From the NCBI GenBank assembly GCA_040954595.2, contig JBECUI020000027.1, positions 62,001 to 126,000 on the forward strand: DNA of 64,000 bases. Direction: 5' to 3'. This document shows positions 43,840 to 54,889 of this stretch, one piece after another; position 1 is the first letter of the stretch, and each line of letters starts with the position of its first letter. The position numbers and the translations under genes were made by a program. The stretch comes from Balanoglossus misakiensis (lineage: Eukaryota > Animalia > Hemichordata). The notes under the pieces are model-generated. The model was not told the origin of the DNA. It ran no database searches and was given only the letters and a program-made list of their open reading frames with translations.

Positions 43840-44942
43840 AAACTTCAACTTTAAAGGTGGCTTTTATTGGAACCGGTCGCATTTCAGACCTACACGCTCT
43901 TGAATACATCGCCAATCCCAAGAGTCATATTGCCATACTCTGTGATCAAAATCAGGAAGCAGCAAAGAGCAAGGCTCAAACCTGGGGTTTGAAGGATTTC
44001 GAGATAGAAAGTGATTACCGTAAGGTTCTGCTTCGCAAAGACATCGATCTTGTCGAGATACTGTTACCGCATCATTTGCATAAAGCCGCAGCCCTGGCAG
44101 CCATTGAGGCAGGGAAAGCCGTCTCCCTGCAAAAACCCCTAGGTACAAATCTTGCTGAGGCAGAAGAGCTGCTCGGGGCGGTAAGGAAATCAAACTGCCC
44201 TTTCAGGGTTTTTGAGAACTTCATTTTCTATCCCCCGATTATGAAAGCCAGAGAGCTTCTTGAAGAAGGGGTCATAGGCGAACTTATGTCTATTCGCATC
44301 AAATCTAACCCAGGCTACAGCAAGACAGCCTGGAAGGTCCCTCCAGCATCCACTGCCTGGCGCCAGAACAGAAAAAGTTCTGGAGGAGGACCACTTGTTT
44401 TTGATGATGGCCACCATAAATTTGCCCTTGCCTGGTATTTTATGGGTAGCCCTGAGGAAGTGCATGCCTTTATTGGCCACACGGACCTGGGCGAGGGCCT
44501 GTATATGGATGCCCCATCCCAGATTAGCTTTCGTTTCCCTGGCCAGCGCATTGGTAATCTGGAGATTGTCTATTCTCCTGAGCTGGAGGTCCTGGGTAAT
44601 TACTATCCTCAGGATGATCGAGTGGAATTGACCGGCACAAAAGGGGTGCTTTGCATCAATGGCGGACATGGCCAATTAGCCGCTACCGCCCCCCTGCAAC
44701 TATACCGAGGAGCCAGGCTCAAGGAATACCACAACATCTCCACAGGTTGGCAGCATAGCTTCATTAATGCGACACGCCATTTCATTGATGCGCTTGAAAG
44801 CGGCTCAGAAGCCATGCTGACGGCTGAAAACGCCTGGGAAATTTTACGTTTTGCCCTGGCCGCTGAGCGTTCGGCGCATAGGGAACAAAGAGTTTTTTTG
44901 AATGAGATATCAACAAACTCTGCAGAAAAGGTGAACGAATGA
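43836..44942 (+). CDS. Gfo/Idh/MocA family oxidoreductase
   Basis: IGTGRIS, LPHHLH, LQKPL, GGGPLVFDDGHH. Confidence 0.9.
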   Translation: MKTSTLKVAFIGTGRISDLHALEYIANPKSHIAILCDQNQEAAKSKAQTWGLKDFEIESDYRKVLLRKDIDLVEILLPHHLHKAAALAAIEAGKAVSLQKPLGTNLAEAEELLGAVRKSNCPFRVFENFIFYPPIMKARELLEEGVIGELMSIRIKSNPGYSKTAWKVPPASTAWRQNRKSSGGGPLVFDDGHHKFALAWYFMGSPEEVHAFIGHTDLGEGLYMDAPSQISFRFPGQRIGNLEIVYSPELEVLGNYYPQDDRVELTGTKGVLCINGGHGQLAATAPLQLYRGARLKEYHNISTGWQHSFINATRHFIDALESGSEAMLTAENAWEILRFALAAERSAHREQRVFLNEISTNSAEKVNE

Positions 44943-46815
44943 AAGCTATTGAACTCCGCAGCGATGTGATACAGAAAAGGGCATGCCAAATAGTAAAACA
45001 AGGAGGACTGGAGCCCTGGATTGAATCATTAGAGAATAACGGACTGCTTGATATGCCCCTTGTCGAGGCCCTGGTGTTGGGACTGCTGCGGCAGGGCATA
45101 CGCAAGTATTTGGTAATTTTTGGTCATGGATCCACCGCCCTTGGCGAGGTGCTGCGCATTTATTCCAAGGAAAAATTGATTAAGTGTTTTTCTTTTCGTA
45201 ATGAAATCTCCATGGCCCACGCCGCGACCTCCCTTCGCTGGGTATTCGACGAACCGGTTGCCCTGGTCACTTCGATTGGTCCCGGTGCTCTGCAGGCCAT
45301 GTCCGCCTCCCTGGCAGCCAGTTCAAACGGCATCGGGGTTTATCACATTTATGGCGACGAGACAAGCGGCGGCGAAGGCTACAATATGCAGCAGATACCC
45401 AAGCCGGAGCAGGGACTGTTTGGCCAACTGACAGCAATAATGGGCCGGAGTTATACGCTCCACACCCCCATTGCCCTGAGAGAAGCCATGCGGCAGGGGG
45501 CAGCAACGGTGTTTCATCCGAGTCATGCCACTCCCTTCTTCATCAACCTTCCTCTCAACACACAGTGGGAATGTGTGCGGATACGTTTGGCCACCCTGCC
45601 TCAAAGACCAAAACAGGCCCCCCTTGTTACCGTCTGTGAGGATCGTTTTGACCAAGCGATCAAGCGTATAAAAGCTCATAAAAAATAGCCATAAAAATCG
45701 GCCGGGGAGCGGGGGGATGTGCTGCTGAGCTTAGAGAGTTGGTTGAGAAATCGGGAGCTGTGGCGGTACTGAGTCCTGGTTCCACTGGAGCCCTGGCAGA
45801 TGCTCACAAGCAAAACATGCATGTTGGTGGTTCTAAAGGATCCATCAGCGGTAATTTCGCCATGGACAATGCGGAATTATTGATTGTCATAGGCTCCCGA
45901 GCCGTTTGCCAGAGTGATTGTTCTGGCATCGGCTGGCCCAGGGTCTCTGAGGTTATTAACATCAACACCGATCTTATAGATGCCCATCACTACCACAACA
46001 CAACAGCGCTTGTCGGTGATGCCAAAGAAACCCTGAAGCGCCTTGTTCAAGGTCTTGACGAACTTCGCGAGCAGTCCACAGATTGGTTGAAGGCCTGTGC
46101 TGAGGCCAAAGACAAATGGCAAAATCTCCTACGGGAACGCAGCACTGGAAGGGGAAAGTTGGATGTTGTATGGGGACGTGAGGTACTCACCCAACCCCAG
46201 GCCATTCATGTTGTGGCGGAATTCTGCAAACAACAGGAAGCGCTTAAGTTCTTTGATGCCGGGGACGTGCAGGCTAACGGATTTCAGATTGTTACGGATG
46301 ACAAGCTCGGAACGACCTTTACAGAATCGGGGGCTTCTTACATGGGTTTTGCCGTTTCGGCCCTGACGGCTTTGGGTATTGCCGATAGGAAATGCTATGG
46401 GGTGGCCTTTACTGGTGACGGATCTTTCATGATGAATCCTCAGGTCCTAATCGACGGTGTAGAACACGGTGCCCATGCCACCATTGCTCTTTTTGACAAT
46501 AGGCGTATGGGAGCCATCAGTGCCTTGCAGCTAGCCCAGTTCGGCTTTGATTTTCAAACCAACGATCATGTTGATATTGACTATGTCAAGTTGGCCAGTG
46601 CCGTGTCGGGTGTTAAAGCTTTATTTGGTGGTTATGACCGCCAAAGTCTTATCTCGGCTCTGAAGGAGGCAAAAGCGTATAAGGGAATCAGCCTCATACA
46701 TATTCCGGTTTATTTTGGTAAGGATCCCACGGGTAGTATGGGGGCGTATGGACAATGGAATGTCGGAAACTGGAGTGCTGCGGTCCAGGAGAAATATCTG
46801 CAATCAAGAATCTGA
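44939..46815 (+). pseudogene. TPP-dependent enzyme (IolD-like), one frameshift
   Basis: IFGHG, RNE..MAHAA, TSIGPGA (IolD-like N-terminus) and GDGSF..N..DN TPP motif; one extra A in the A6 run at 45680-45685 would join the two ORFs. Confidence 0.8.
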
Positions 46816-46837
46816 TTTATATTAAGGGATAAAAACA

Positions 46838-48286
46838 ATGTATCAGGAATTCGGTTTACTTTTAAGAGGCAAATGGTGGCAGGCTGCAAGTGGTGAGAGT
46901 ATGGAAGTCATCAGCCCTGTTACCGAGGCAAGCATTGGCAGCATTCCCATGGCTGCCGATGTCGATATAGACCTTGCCCTTGATCTGGTAGTGAAGGGGC
47001 AAGCCATTTGGTCGGCTTATTCCGCCTGGGAAAGGGCTAAAATTCTGCATAAGACCGCCAATCTGCTACGTGATGGCCTGGACAAATCCAGCCAAATCAT
47101 GAGCCAGGAAACTGGGAAGCCCCTGGCGGAATCGAGGGCAGAAATCAAGGCCTCCGCCGAGCAGTTTGAATGGTACGGCGAAGAGGCTAAACGGATTTAT
47201 GGGCAGTCCATTCCCGGTCGCAGTAAAGAAGAGAGGATGTATGTGCTCTACCAGCCGGTTGGGCCCTGCCTTGCCCTTTCAGCATGGAATTTCCCCATGC
47301 TTCTGCCCTCACGTAAAATTGCTGCCGCCCTGGCCGCAGGAAACGCAGTGATTGCCCGTCCCTCTTCCGAGGCTCCTGGGTCTTGTTTTGTCATAGGGCA
47401 GGCCTTGCTGGATGCCGGACTGCCTAAAGAGACCATAACAATTCTTACTGGACCCGCCGAGCCCATGATCGAGAAACTCATACTGGCACCACAGATCCGC
47501 AAAGTTTCCCTAACTGGTTCTGTGCCTGTAGGCCGCAGAGTCATGTCCCTAGCCGCCAAGGGACTTAAAAAGGTGAGTATGGAACTCGGTGGCCATGCCC
47601 CAGTCATCATACACAGCGATTATGATCCCATCCTGGCCGCCGGAAAACTCGCTCCAACCAAGTTCCGCAACTGTGGTCAGGTCTGTATATCGCCGTCGCG
47701 TTTTTATGTTCATGAATCCATAAAGCTAGAATTTGAAAAGGAATTTGCCAGTATTGCCGAAAGTCTGGTCATCGGAGATGGCTTGAGTCCCTTCACAGAG
47801 GTCGGTCCGCTAATTCGAGAAGGTGCCTTGGTTAAAGCTCTTGCCCTCATTAAAGATGCCATCAATCAGGGTGGGCGCCTGCTGACGGGAGGTAATCGTC
47901 CATCCAGACCGGCAAAGGGCTATTTTCTTCAGCCAACGGTTATTACCGATGTGCCTGATAGGGCAAGAATCATGATCGAAGAACCCTTTGCCCCCATAGC
48001 ACCCATCTCTAGTTTCCAGAACGAGAAACAGGTAATGGAGAAAGCCAACGCCACCGGTTTTGGTCTTGCCGCTTATGTATTCACCCATGAAAGCGCTCGG
48101 GCAGAGGCTGCTGTTGAGGCTCTTGAAGCTGGTATGATCGGTATCAATGAAACCCTGTTGGCCACCGCTGAGGCTCCTTTTGGTGGTGTGAAAGACAGCG
48201 GTTTTGGAAGGGAAGGTGGGAGTCTCGGCATTGTAGATTATCTTGTGCCAAAATATGTCCGACATCGATTAGTCAAGCGGTCATAG
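46838..48286 (+). CDS. NAD(P)-dependent aldehyde dehydrogenase (SSADH/KGSADH-like)
   Basis: AWNFP, LTGS..VG, MELGGHAP, RNCGQVC, EEPFAP, APFGGVKDSGFGREGG. Confidence 0.93.
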   Translation: MYQEFGLLLRGKWWQAASGESMEVISPVTEASIGSIPMAADVDIDLALDLVVKGQAIWSAYSAWERAKILHKTANLLRDGLDKSSQIMSQETGKPLAESRAEIKASAEQFEWYGEEAKRIYGQSIPGRSKEERMYVLYQPVGPCLALSAWNFPMLLPSRKIAAALAAGNAVIARPSSEAPGSCFVIGQALLDAGLPKETITILTGPAEPMIEKLILAPQIRKVSLTGSVPVGRRVMSLAAKGLKKVSMELGGHAPVIIHSDYDPILAAGKLAPTKFRNCGQVCISPSRFYVHESIKLEFEKEFASIAESLVIGDGLSPFTEVGPLIREGALVKALALIKDAINQGGRLLTGGNRPSRPAKGYFLQPTVITDVPDRARIMIEEPFAPIAPISSFQNEKQVMEKANATGFGLAAYVFTHESARAEAAVEALEAGMIGINETLLATAEAPFGGVKDSGFGREGGSLGIVDYLVPKYVRHRLVKRS

Positions 48287-48295
48287 TGAGCGATT

Positions 48296-50020
48296 ATGAA
48301 AAAGTACAAAAGTCCTTCTGGATTAAGCGGGGGGCTAACCAATTATGGAGACCGGGACTTTTCTCTTTATTTGAGGCGCAGCTTCGCAAAGTCCATGGGC
48401 TACACTGGGGAAAGTCTCAACAAACCTATTGTTGGCATCTGTTACACAGAAAGTGGATTTAATAATTGTCATCGTCATTTTCCTGAACTGCTTGAGGCGG
48501 TGAAACGAGGGATAAATGCCTCGGGAGCCCTCCCCCTAGTCTTCCCCGTAATTTCTTTGGGAGAGGTTTTTCTGAGTCCCTGCTCGCTTATGTACCGCAA
48601 CTTGATGGCCATGGATACAGAAGAGATGATTCATGCCCAACCCATGGATTCCGTTGTCTTGATGGGAGGCTGTGACAAAACCGTTCCAGCCCTACTGATG
48701 GGAGCTATCTCGGCTGGGAAACCAGCGGTTTTGCTGGTAGCTGGTCCCATGATGACTGGTCGATACCGGGGGCAAAAACTGGGTGCCTGTACGGATTGTC
48801 GTCGTTTCTGGGGCCAGTACCGAAGTGGAGACTTAGACAAGACAGAGATATCCAAAATCGAGGACCACCTGGCCGTGACTGCAGGTACCTGTGCCGTCAT
48901 GGGCACAGCAAGCACCATGGCCCTGATGGCCGAAACTCTCGGTATGATGCTGCCGAATTCTTCAACCATACCAGCAGTGCATGCCGGTCGTTTACGTGTA
49001 GCCGAACAAAGCGGCATCCTCGCCGCCCGTATGGCTTTTCAAGGAGGTCCCGTCCCGGCCGACATTATCACAGCAGCCTCGCTGCGCAATGCTCTTAAGG
49101 TCCTGCTGGCCGTTTCGGGTTCTACCAATGCCATTCTGCACTTGGCGGCCATTGCCGGCCGTCTTGGTCTTGACATCGACTATAATGAATTCAACCGATT
49201 TTCTGACAGCATACCGACCCTAGCTAATCTTAAGCCAACCGGGGAAGCCTATATGGAAGACTTTCACCACGCAGGAGGACTGGGGGCCATCCTGCATGAA
49301 CTTGCCGGACATCTTGAAACCGAGGTCTTGGATCTCAACTTGACACGGCTTTCTGCACGACTGAGTGAGGCCTCGAGAGCAGCGATAGGAAGGGACATTA
49401 TCCATGAAATTTCGCCTCAAGGGGGCCTCATTATTCTTAGCGGTTCCCTTGCTCCTCAGGGAGCCATTTTGAAGCGTGCGGCAGCAACGCCGGAACTTCT
49501 GGAACACGAGGGCCGCGCCGTGGTGTTTTCTTCTCTGGAAGATCTGGCCAAAAGGATTGATGAGCCCAGTCTTGATGTAAGGGCTGATGATATTCTGGTT
49601 CTTCAGCACGCCGGGCCGAGCAGTGCCTCCGCCATGCCGGAAGCTGGCTGTCTACCCATCCCCAAAAAATTAGCAAAACGCGGGGTTAAGGATATGGTTC
49701 GTATTTCCGATGCCCGCATGTCTGGAACGGCCTTTGGAACCATAGTGCTTCATGTTACTCCCGAAGCCAACCTGGGCGGCCCCCTGGCCCTTGTCAAAAA
49801 CGGTGATATCATTCGCCTGTCGGCTTCCAGTAAGCGAATAGATCTTTTGGTGAGTGCTGGAGAGATGGAGTCACGCCGGAAAAATCTTCTCCCACGGAAA
49901 CCAGACTACGAGCGTGGGTATAAGCACCTCTACCAAAGCCATGTTCTCCCAGCACCCCTGGGCTGTGATTTTGATTTTCTCAGAGCGAAGGAAAAGCCAG
50001 GAAAGGTTATGGCAAATTAA
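48296..50020 (+). CDS. IlvD/Edd family dehydratase (probably a sugar-acid dehydratase)
   Basis: NNCH, GGCDKT, CAVMGTASTM, GSTNA..HL.A.A, SDARMSGT. Confidence 0.9.
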   Translation: MKKYKSPSGLSGGLTNYGDRDFSLYLRRSFAKSMGYTGESLNKPIVGICYTESGFNNCHRHFPELLEAVKRGINASGALPLVFPVISLGEVFLSPCSLMYRNLMAMDTEEMIHAQPMDSVVLMGGCDKTVPALLMGAISAGKPAVLLVAGPMMTGRYRGQKLGACTDCRRFWGQYRSGDLDKTEISKIEDHLAVTAGTCAVMGTASTMALMAETLGMMLPNSSTIPAVHAGRLRVAEQSGILAARMAFQGGPVPADIITAASLRNALKVLLAVSGSTNAILHLAAIAGRLGLDIDYNEFNRFSDSIPTLANLKPTGEAYMEDFHHAGGLGAILHELAGHLETEVLDLNLTRLSARLSEASRAAIGRDIIHEISPQGGLIILSGSLAPQGAILKRAAATPELLEHEGRAVVFSSLEDLAKRIDEPSLDVRADDILVLQHAGPSSASAMPEAGCLPIPKKLAKRGVKDMVRISDARMSGTAFGTIVLHVTPEANLGGPLALVKNGDIIRLSASSKRIDLLVSAGEMESRRKNLLPRKPDYERGYKHLYQSHVLPAPLGCDFDFLRAKEKPGKVMAN

Positions 50021-50118
50021 GAGGGCCAGGAGTCACTTTAATAACAAGAAAAAAATTGTCTTGCTATGGTGGTGTGTCACTTGTTTTTGAAAGAAAAGTT
50101 CCTAGCAGCCTGGCCAGA

Positions 50119-50805
50119 CTAGCCCCTGGGAAAGCAACAGATATAAGGCGTAAACTTTGAGGGAATCAGAAAAGAAGAAGTTTCTGATGGGAAACGGCAG
50201 AAGACACCCTCAGCATCTCTCTTGACCACAGACAGACAAACTCCCGGAGTCAAGCTCTTCTCCTCACAAAAAGGAAGCATTCCCTCCAGCAGTTCCCCCT
50301 CCTCTGTAATCCTGACTATTTCAATCTCACCCTTTACAGCCAACGAATCCAGTGGAGGAGCCGACAAAATGTACTCCTCCTGCTCGGAATCCGGCAATGG
50401 ATTACCATGCGGGCAAGTCTGAGGATTCCCTAATCTCTCAGCAAGGTGGTCTGCCAGATCCTGAGAAACCGTATCCTGAAGATTCTCAGCCTCCTGATCA
50501 GACTTGTCCCAAGCATAACCTAGCAGCCTCACCAAGAGATGCTCCAAGAGAAAATGCCTTCTCAGCGTTTCCACCGCGAGCTTCTTTCCCTCATCAGTAA
50601 GAGTAATATCTCCATAGCGGGACTGCATTGCCAAACCAAATTTCTTCAAACGGCCAATAGCCTGAGAAACAGCTGGACGAGAAATTCTCAGACGCTCAGC
50701 CAAGCGATGATTAGGAACAGTACCATACTGCCTCTTGATAAGAAAAATCTGAGCCAAGCACATAGGAGCGGCAGGAAGTCGATTTTTCAATTCAAAGAGG
50801 TTCAT
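50119..50805 (-). CDS. DtxR/MntR/TroR family metal-dependent repressor
   Basis: LAERL.ISRPAVS HTH, LT.EG..LA...RRH.L.E, CPHGNP, FeoA-like C-terminus. Confidence 0.88.
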   Translation of the reverse strand: MNLFELKNRLPAAPMCLAQIFLIKRQYGTVPNHRLAERLRISRPAVSQAIGRLKKFGLAMQSRYGDITLTDEGKKLAVETLRRHFLLEHLLVRLLGYAWDKSDQEAENLQDTVSQDLADHLAERLGNPQTCPHGNPLPDSEQEEYILSAPPLDSLAVKGEIEIVRITEEGELLEGMLPFCEEKSLTPGVCLSVVKRDAEGVFCRFPSETSSFLIPSKFTPYICCFPRG

Positions 50806-51344
50806 AAATCATAAGTATAACAAAAGTAGTTCAAGTCGAACACGAAAAAGTTTTAATATTTTTCAAGAACACTTTATCTATGCTCAATTCTTCAAATCCT
50901 TGGATACTCTGGGAGGGATCCCCAGAAATCCGGGTAACTAAGGACAGTCACCACAATCACCAAGTCAGCCTTTAAAAATCTCCTCTAAACACCGTGCTTA
51001 TCCTAATGAGACCAGAAAACCAAGAAAAAGAGACCCTCTGCCTTACTGAATCCCAGAAGAAGTTTACAGAGGAAACAGCTCCTACGGCTTGTGAATCCAG
51101 GGGAAAGTTCTCAAAAAAACAGGCAATGGCTTCGAAGCTCTCTTCCCTAAAGGGAAAACCTCAAGTAAATTCTTCAGGCCAAATCTCTAAACCATACTCT
51201 ACAAACAATACCTCGAGAAAAACAGCATTACTTGCCACAAGCTAAAACCTTAATATCTTATCTTCCCTATCATATGCTATAAAATACATATAATGGAATA
51301 ATTCAATATTGTCTAAGAAGAAAACAACTGATATCTTAACCTCT

Positions 51345-52484
51345 ATGAAAATATTTGTCCTACCTTCTTGGTACCCTAACTTTTATCATACTTGGGGAAA
51401 TTATTTTCAGAATCACTCACTAGCAGCACAGAAAGCTGGAGTGGAGATAGTAACCGTCTTTCCAGCACATTACTCGCCCAAATGGCTTATCAAACACCCC
51501 GCAATCAAATACGGACATAGTAAAACTTCCCTACAGGGAATACCGGAGTTTCTCTATTATTTGCCTAAAACCCATATTACCCCCTTGGATACACATTTCA
51601 ATATTTCTGCAGGAAAAAAGGTTATTAATCGTGCCATAGCAGAAACAGGCTTACCGGATATTGTTCACCTACAGAGTTTTGGAAACGGCGATCTGGCCAT
51701 ATGGATGCAAGAAAAATTTTCAATCCCCTTTGTTCTTACAGAACACTTCTCTGGTTTTATCTGCGACAAGGTGCATGGTAGAAAAATGGAATTAGCGCAA
51801 AGGGTTTTTTCAAAAAGTTCCAGCAATACTGCCGTCAGCACTTCCTTTGCACGGCTACTACAGAACAAATTTAACCGCTCATGCTCCGTCATTCCTAACA
51901 CTGTAGATACCAATATCTTCCAGCCTACTGCTAACAAGGAAACAGAAGGCATACATTTTATTGCTATAGGCAACCTCTTCCCCGGAAAAAACTACCTTAC
52001 CTTAGTGCAAGCATTCTACCAATTCCAACTGTCCCATCAAAACAGCCACCTTAGCATCATTGGCAGGGGGTCTGAATATAACAAACTTGCTGCTTTGGTT
52101 CATCACCACAAAATAAAACAAAAGGTCTCAATTCTTCGCGAATACCTGCCTCCAAGCTCTATTAGTCGTAAACTCAATCAAAGCACCGCCTTAATAATAT
52201 CCAGCACGATTGAGACCTTTGGAGTAACCGCCATTGAAGCAGGAAGCATAGGCCTGCCGGTATTAACTACAGCTTGCGGTGGACCGGAAGACATTATTAC
52301 CAACCCGAAGCTAGGGATTATTATAGAAAACCATAGTGCTTCTGCACTCGTGCAGGGCATGCACGATATTAGCGAAAAGACATGGGATAGCCAGTATATA
52401 CGACAGCATACAATAGAGACCTATTCCCTGCATGCCGTCGGCAAAAAACTCCGCAGAGTCTTTGAATCTGTACTAAGCTCATAG
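51345..52484 (+). CDS. Glycosyltransferase family 4
   Basis: LPSWYP, PDIVHLQS, VLTEH, IPNTVD, ETFGVTAIEA..GLPV..T.CGGPE. Confidence 0.9.
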   Translation: MKIFVLPSWYPNFYHTWGNYFQNHSLAAQKAGVEIVTVFPAHYSPKWLIKHPAIKYGHSKTSLQGIPEFLYYLPKTHITPLDTHFNISAGKKVINRAIAETGLPDIVHLQSFGNGDLAIWMQEKFSIPFVLTEHFSGFICDKVHGRKMELAQRVFSKSSSNTAVSTSFARLLQNKFNRSCSVIPNTVDTNIFQPTANKETEGIHFIAIGNLFPGKNYLTLVQAFYQFQLSHQNSHLSIIGRGSEYNKLAALVHHHKIKQKVSILREYLPPSSISRKLNQSTALIISSTIETFGVTAIEAGSIGLPVLTTACGGPEDIITNPKLGIIIENHSASALVQGMHDISEKTWDSQYIRQHTIETYSLHAVGKKLRRVFESVLSS

Positions 52485-52689
52485 GAATTCAAGTTTTGAG
52501 CTGCTCTGCCGCCGAACTTAAAACCCTATGCTGCTATACCAAGCACCGGCAAACTAGGCTGGTCCACAGATGACTGCTGCATCAGCGATCTGGCAGCACC
52601 CTCCCCTAGCACATCATTTCCCTTAGGTACCCAATTCCTGCAAGAAGCCCTCGATACCAGACAGATCCTCACCTGCCAGTAGGCGAATA

Positions 52690-53045
52690 ACATAGCTTGC
52701 TATCATGGTAATATATTGGATCCACAGAGACGGTGAGTTGACTTATCTGTTCTACAGAAGAATATCAAATCCCTGGCAATCAATGCCGGGATATGCCGTC
52801 GTAAAGACAATAAGCAATCAGACAGAAAAGGATAGAACTCCCCTGGAAACCCTAATACCAACCGATGCTTGCTTACACAGAAGAGCAATCGCGGCGGTAG
52901 GAAAAGAGCTGGGAAGTAACAACAGACATTACCGGCATGTTGCGGCTTGGGGGCCTGCCCAAAACATTCTCCGGATTTTCTTCGTAAGGTAAATCCGAGA
53001 TGATCATTCCCTGCGTCTTAGCATCCAGGAACATCTTCAACACAT
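52690..53045 (-). pseudogene. Possible tryptophan synthase alpha remnant
   Basis: Fragment GMIISDLPYEE resembles the TrpA G.I.PDLP.EE motif; the rest is heavily decayed. Confidence 0.35.
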
Positions 53046-53092
53046 TTCCTGCAACCTGCTTTAAACGGAGAAATATAAATTTCCCATCCTGA

Positions 53093-54590
53093 TTAATTAT
53101 CCAAAATAATCAATTCGAACACATGAAATTGTGGCATATAGTCATCAACAGAGAACCTCCAGGTACCCTCTAGTGACGTTACTATAGTGGGAATTTGTAG
53201 GCAAAAATAGGTATTGGGTCTACTTCCAAAAGCTGTTTCATCTCCCAATACATCAGCATTAACAACTGTACTACCAAAAATACCATATCCATCAGATATG
53301 ACGCTCAGTGTGGGTGTTTCTTGAGTGTAATAAGGGGAAACGTTTTTCGTAGCATAAGTCCTTATTACACCTGGAATGATTATTGTTTGTCCCAAATATG
53401 CTTTAACGTCTCTTCCTATGCTTCCCCAATCCTGAGATTCTGCCAAGGTGGTAGCGATTGATAGGGATTGATCACTTTTGTATTGCGATCCACCCTCATA
53501 TTCTATGCCCATATACAGGTTGTATTCTGTTTCCGGAGTAAGATTTAAAATGGGCATCCATTGAGCTTTGTTTTTTTGCAAATTATACGTTTGCCACAAA
53601 GGGGTAGCTGCCTTTAAAGCCCCTATATCTACGGGAGCTGAGGCAGTTTTGGGCAGGGCAATAGCGTATATAACAGCATTTTGTACATCCACCTGCAGTT
53701 CGGCGTAACCTACCCAGAGGTAAGAACCGGGTTGTGTATGATCGTTCATATCACCAGTAGAAAAAGTTAAAAAAGGAGTATAGCGAAGGCGCAGAATATA
53801 TTCTCCAATAGTTCCGTTTTCGGCAGTAATAACTACGGTTTGGTCTTCTTCCACTACGGCAAAATCCTCTTTCAATAAAGGAATATTGAGTGCTGACAAA
53901 TTTGTTTGTGGTTCCCCGTCCAATGACAGCGTAGCATTTTGGGAGATTTCAAAGGATAGACCCACGACATCAGCCGTGGTGTTATAATCGTAATTGACCT
54001 GAATTGTCCTATTAGAAAATTCAACCACTACAGAAGGATCTAAAGAAGACACACCGGCAATAAGGGCTTCTGTATTCGGAATATAAACTATTTTTAGCGT
54101 GTACTCATTGATCGTTTGTCCGTCTTCGGCAATTACCTTTATGAGAAGGGTTTTACTTGAGGTTAAATCAAAAGTGTATTGATTGTTATCGACGAGTGTT
54201 CCATCTATTTCCAGGCTAGCTCCAGCTGAGATGTCGAACATAAGGGTAGCGTTGTTTATTTCCGTTTCATAGGAACGTGTAAGTGTGATGATTTTCTGAC
54301 CTTCATCAAAATCGACAGCAGTCTGCATTGTTTCGTCGGTCAAACTGACCGTGGAAATGGCTGCTTGGTCCGACTTAGGCAGGTTACAGGAGAAAAGAAC
54401 CATGACTATTCCGAGAACAAGAGAGGCAAAACTGAGCTTATGCCGGATTAACTTAGATAACGATCTTCGTGCGCGTGGAGGGGGGTGAGTGAGTGAGTGA
54501 GTGAGTGAGTGAGTGAGTGAGTGAGTGAGTGAGTGAGTGAGTGAGTGAGTTTTTACTCACTTCACAGCCGTTTTGATGGATATGTTTCAT
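53093..54590 (-). CDS. Phase-variable surface lipoprotein (locus 1; two cadherin-like/DUF5018-type domains plus FN3-like domain), out of frame
   Basis: True ATG at 54590 behind GAGGA; (ACTC)16 in the leader; signal RRSLSKLIRHKLSFASLVLGIVMVLFSC; ATG-to-body distance 187 nt; two V.AE.G...EY.L motifs. Confidence 0.8.
54487..54550 (-). repeat. (ACTC)16 simple sequence repeat in the leader of locus 1
   Basis: 64 nt of GAGT on the + strand; G6 tract adjacent. Confidence 0.97.
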
Positions 54591-54606
54591 TGCATTTTCC
54601 TCATCT

Positions 54607-54682
54607 TATATAGAATTTATTTCAGGGTAAGCCAAGTACCCTTTAACCTTGATAGTTTAACACAGTTATTGCTGCTTATCTA
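54607..54682 (-). promoter_or_regulatory. Two candidate sigma70 promoters in the shared lipoprotein module (repeated upstream of loci 2-4)
   Basis: TAGATA-N17-TAAACT with extended TGn (54682-54654) and TTGGCT-N17-TATATA (54635-54607). Confidence 0.5.
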
Positions 54683-54889
54683 CACCCTTTCCTTGTTTGT
54701 CTATTTTTTTGCTTCTAGGGGGGATAGTGCGGAGCTTGGTTTATGGTTCAATCGGCCTAGGATTCCTGAACTTGCCTGAACCTTTTTAAAAAGGCAGCAC
54801 CTAAGCGATGTCTTGGGGGAAGCGATTGGTTATTCTTAGTCCGATTCCGCCATCTGGAGGCTGGGGCGGGGCCTTAAGGGTTGGCGGGC

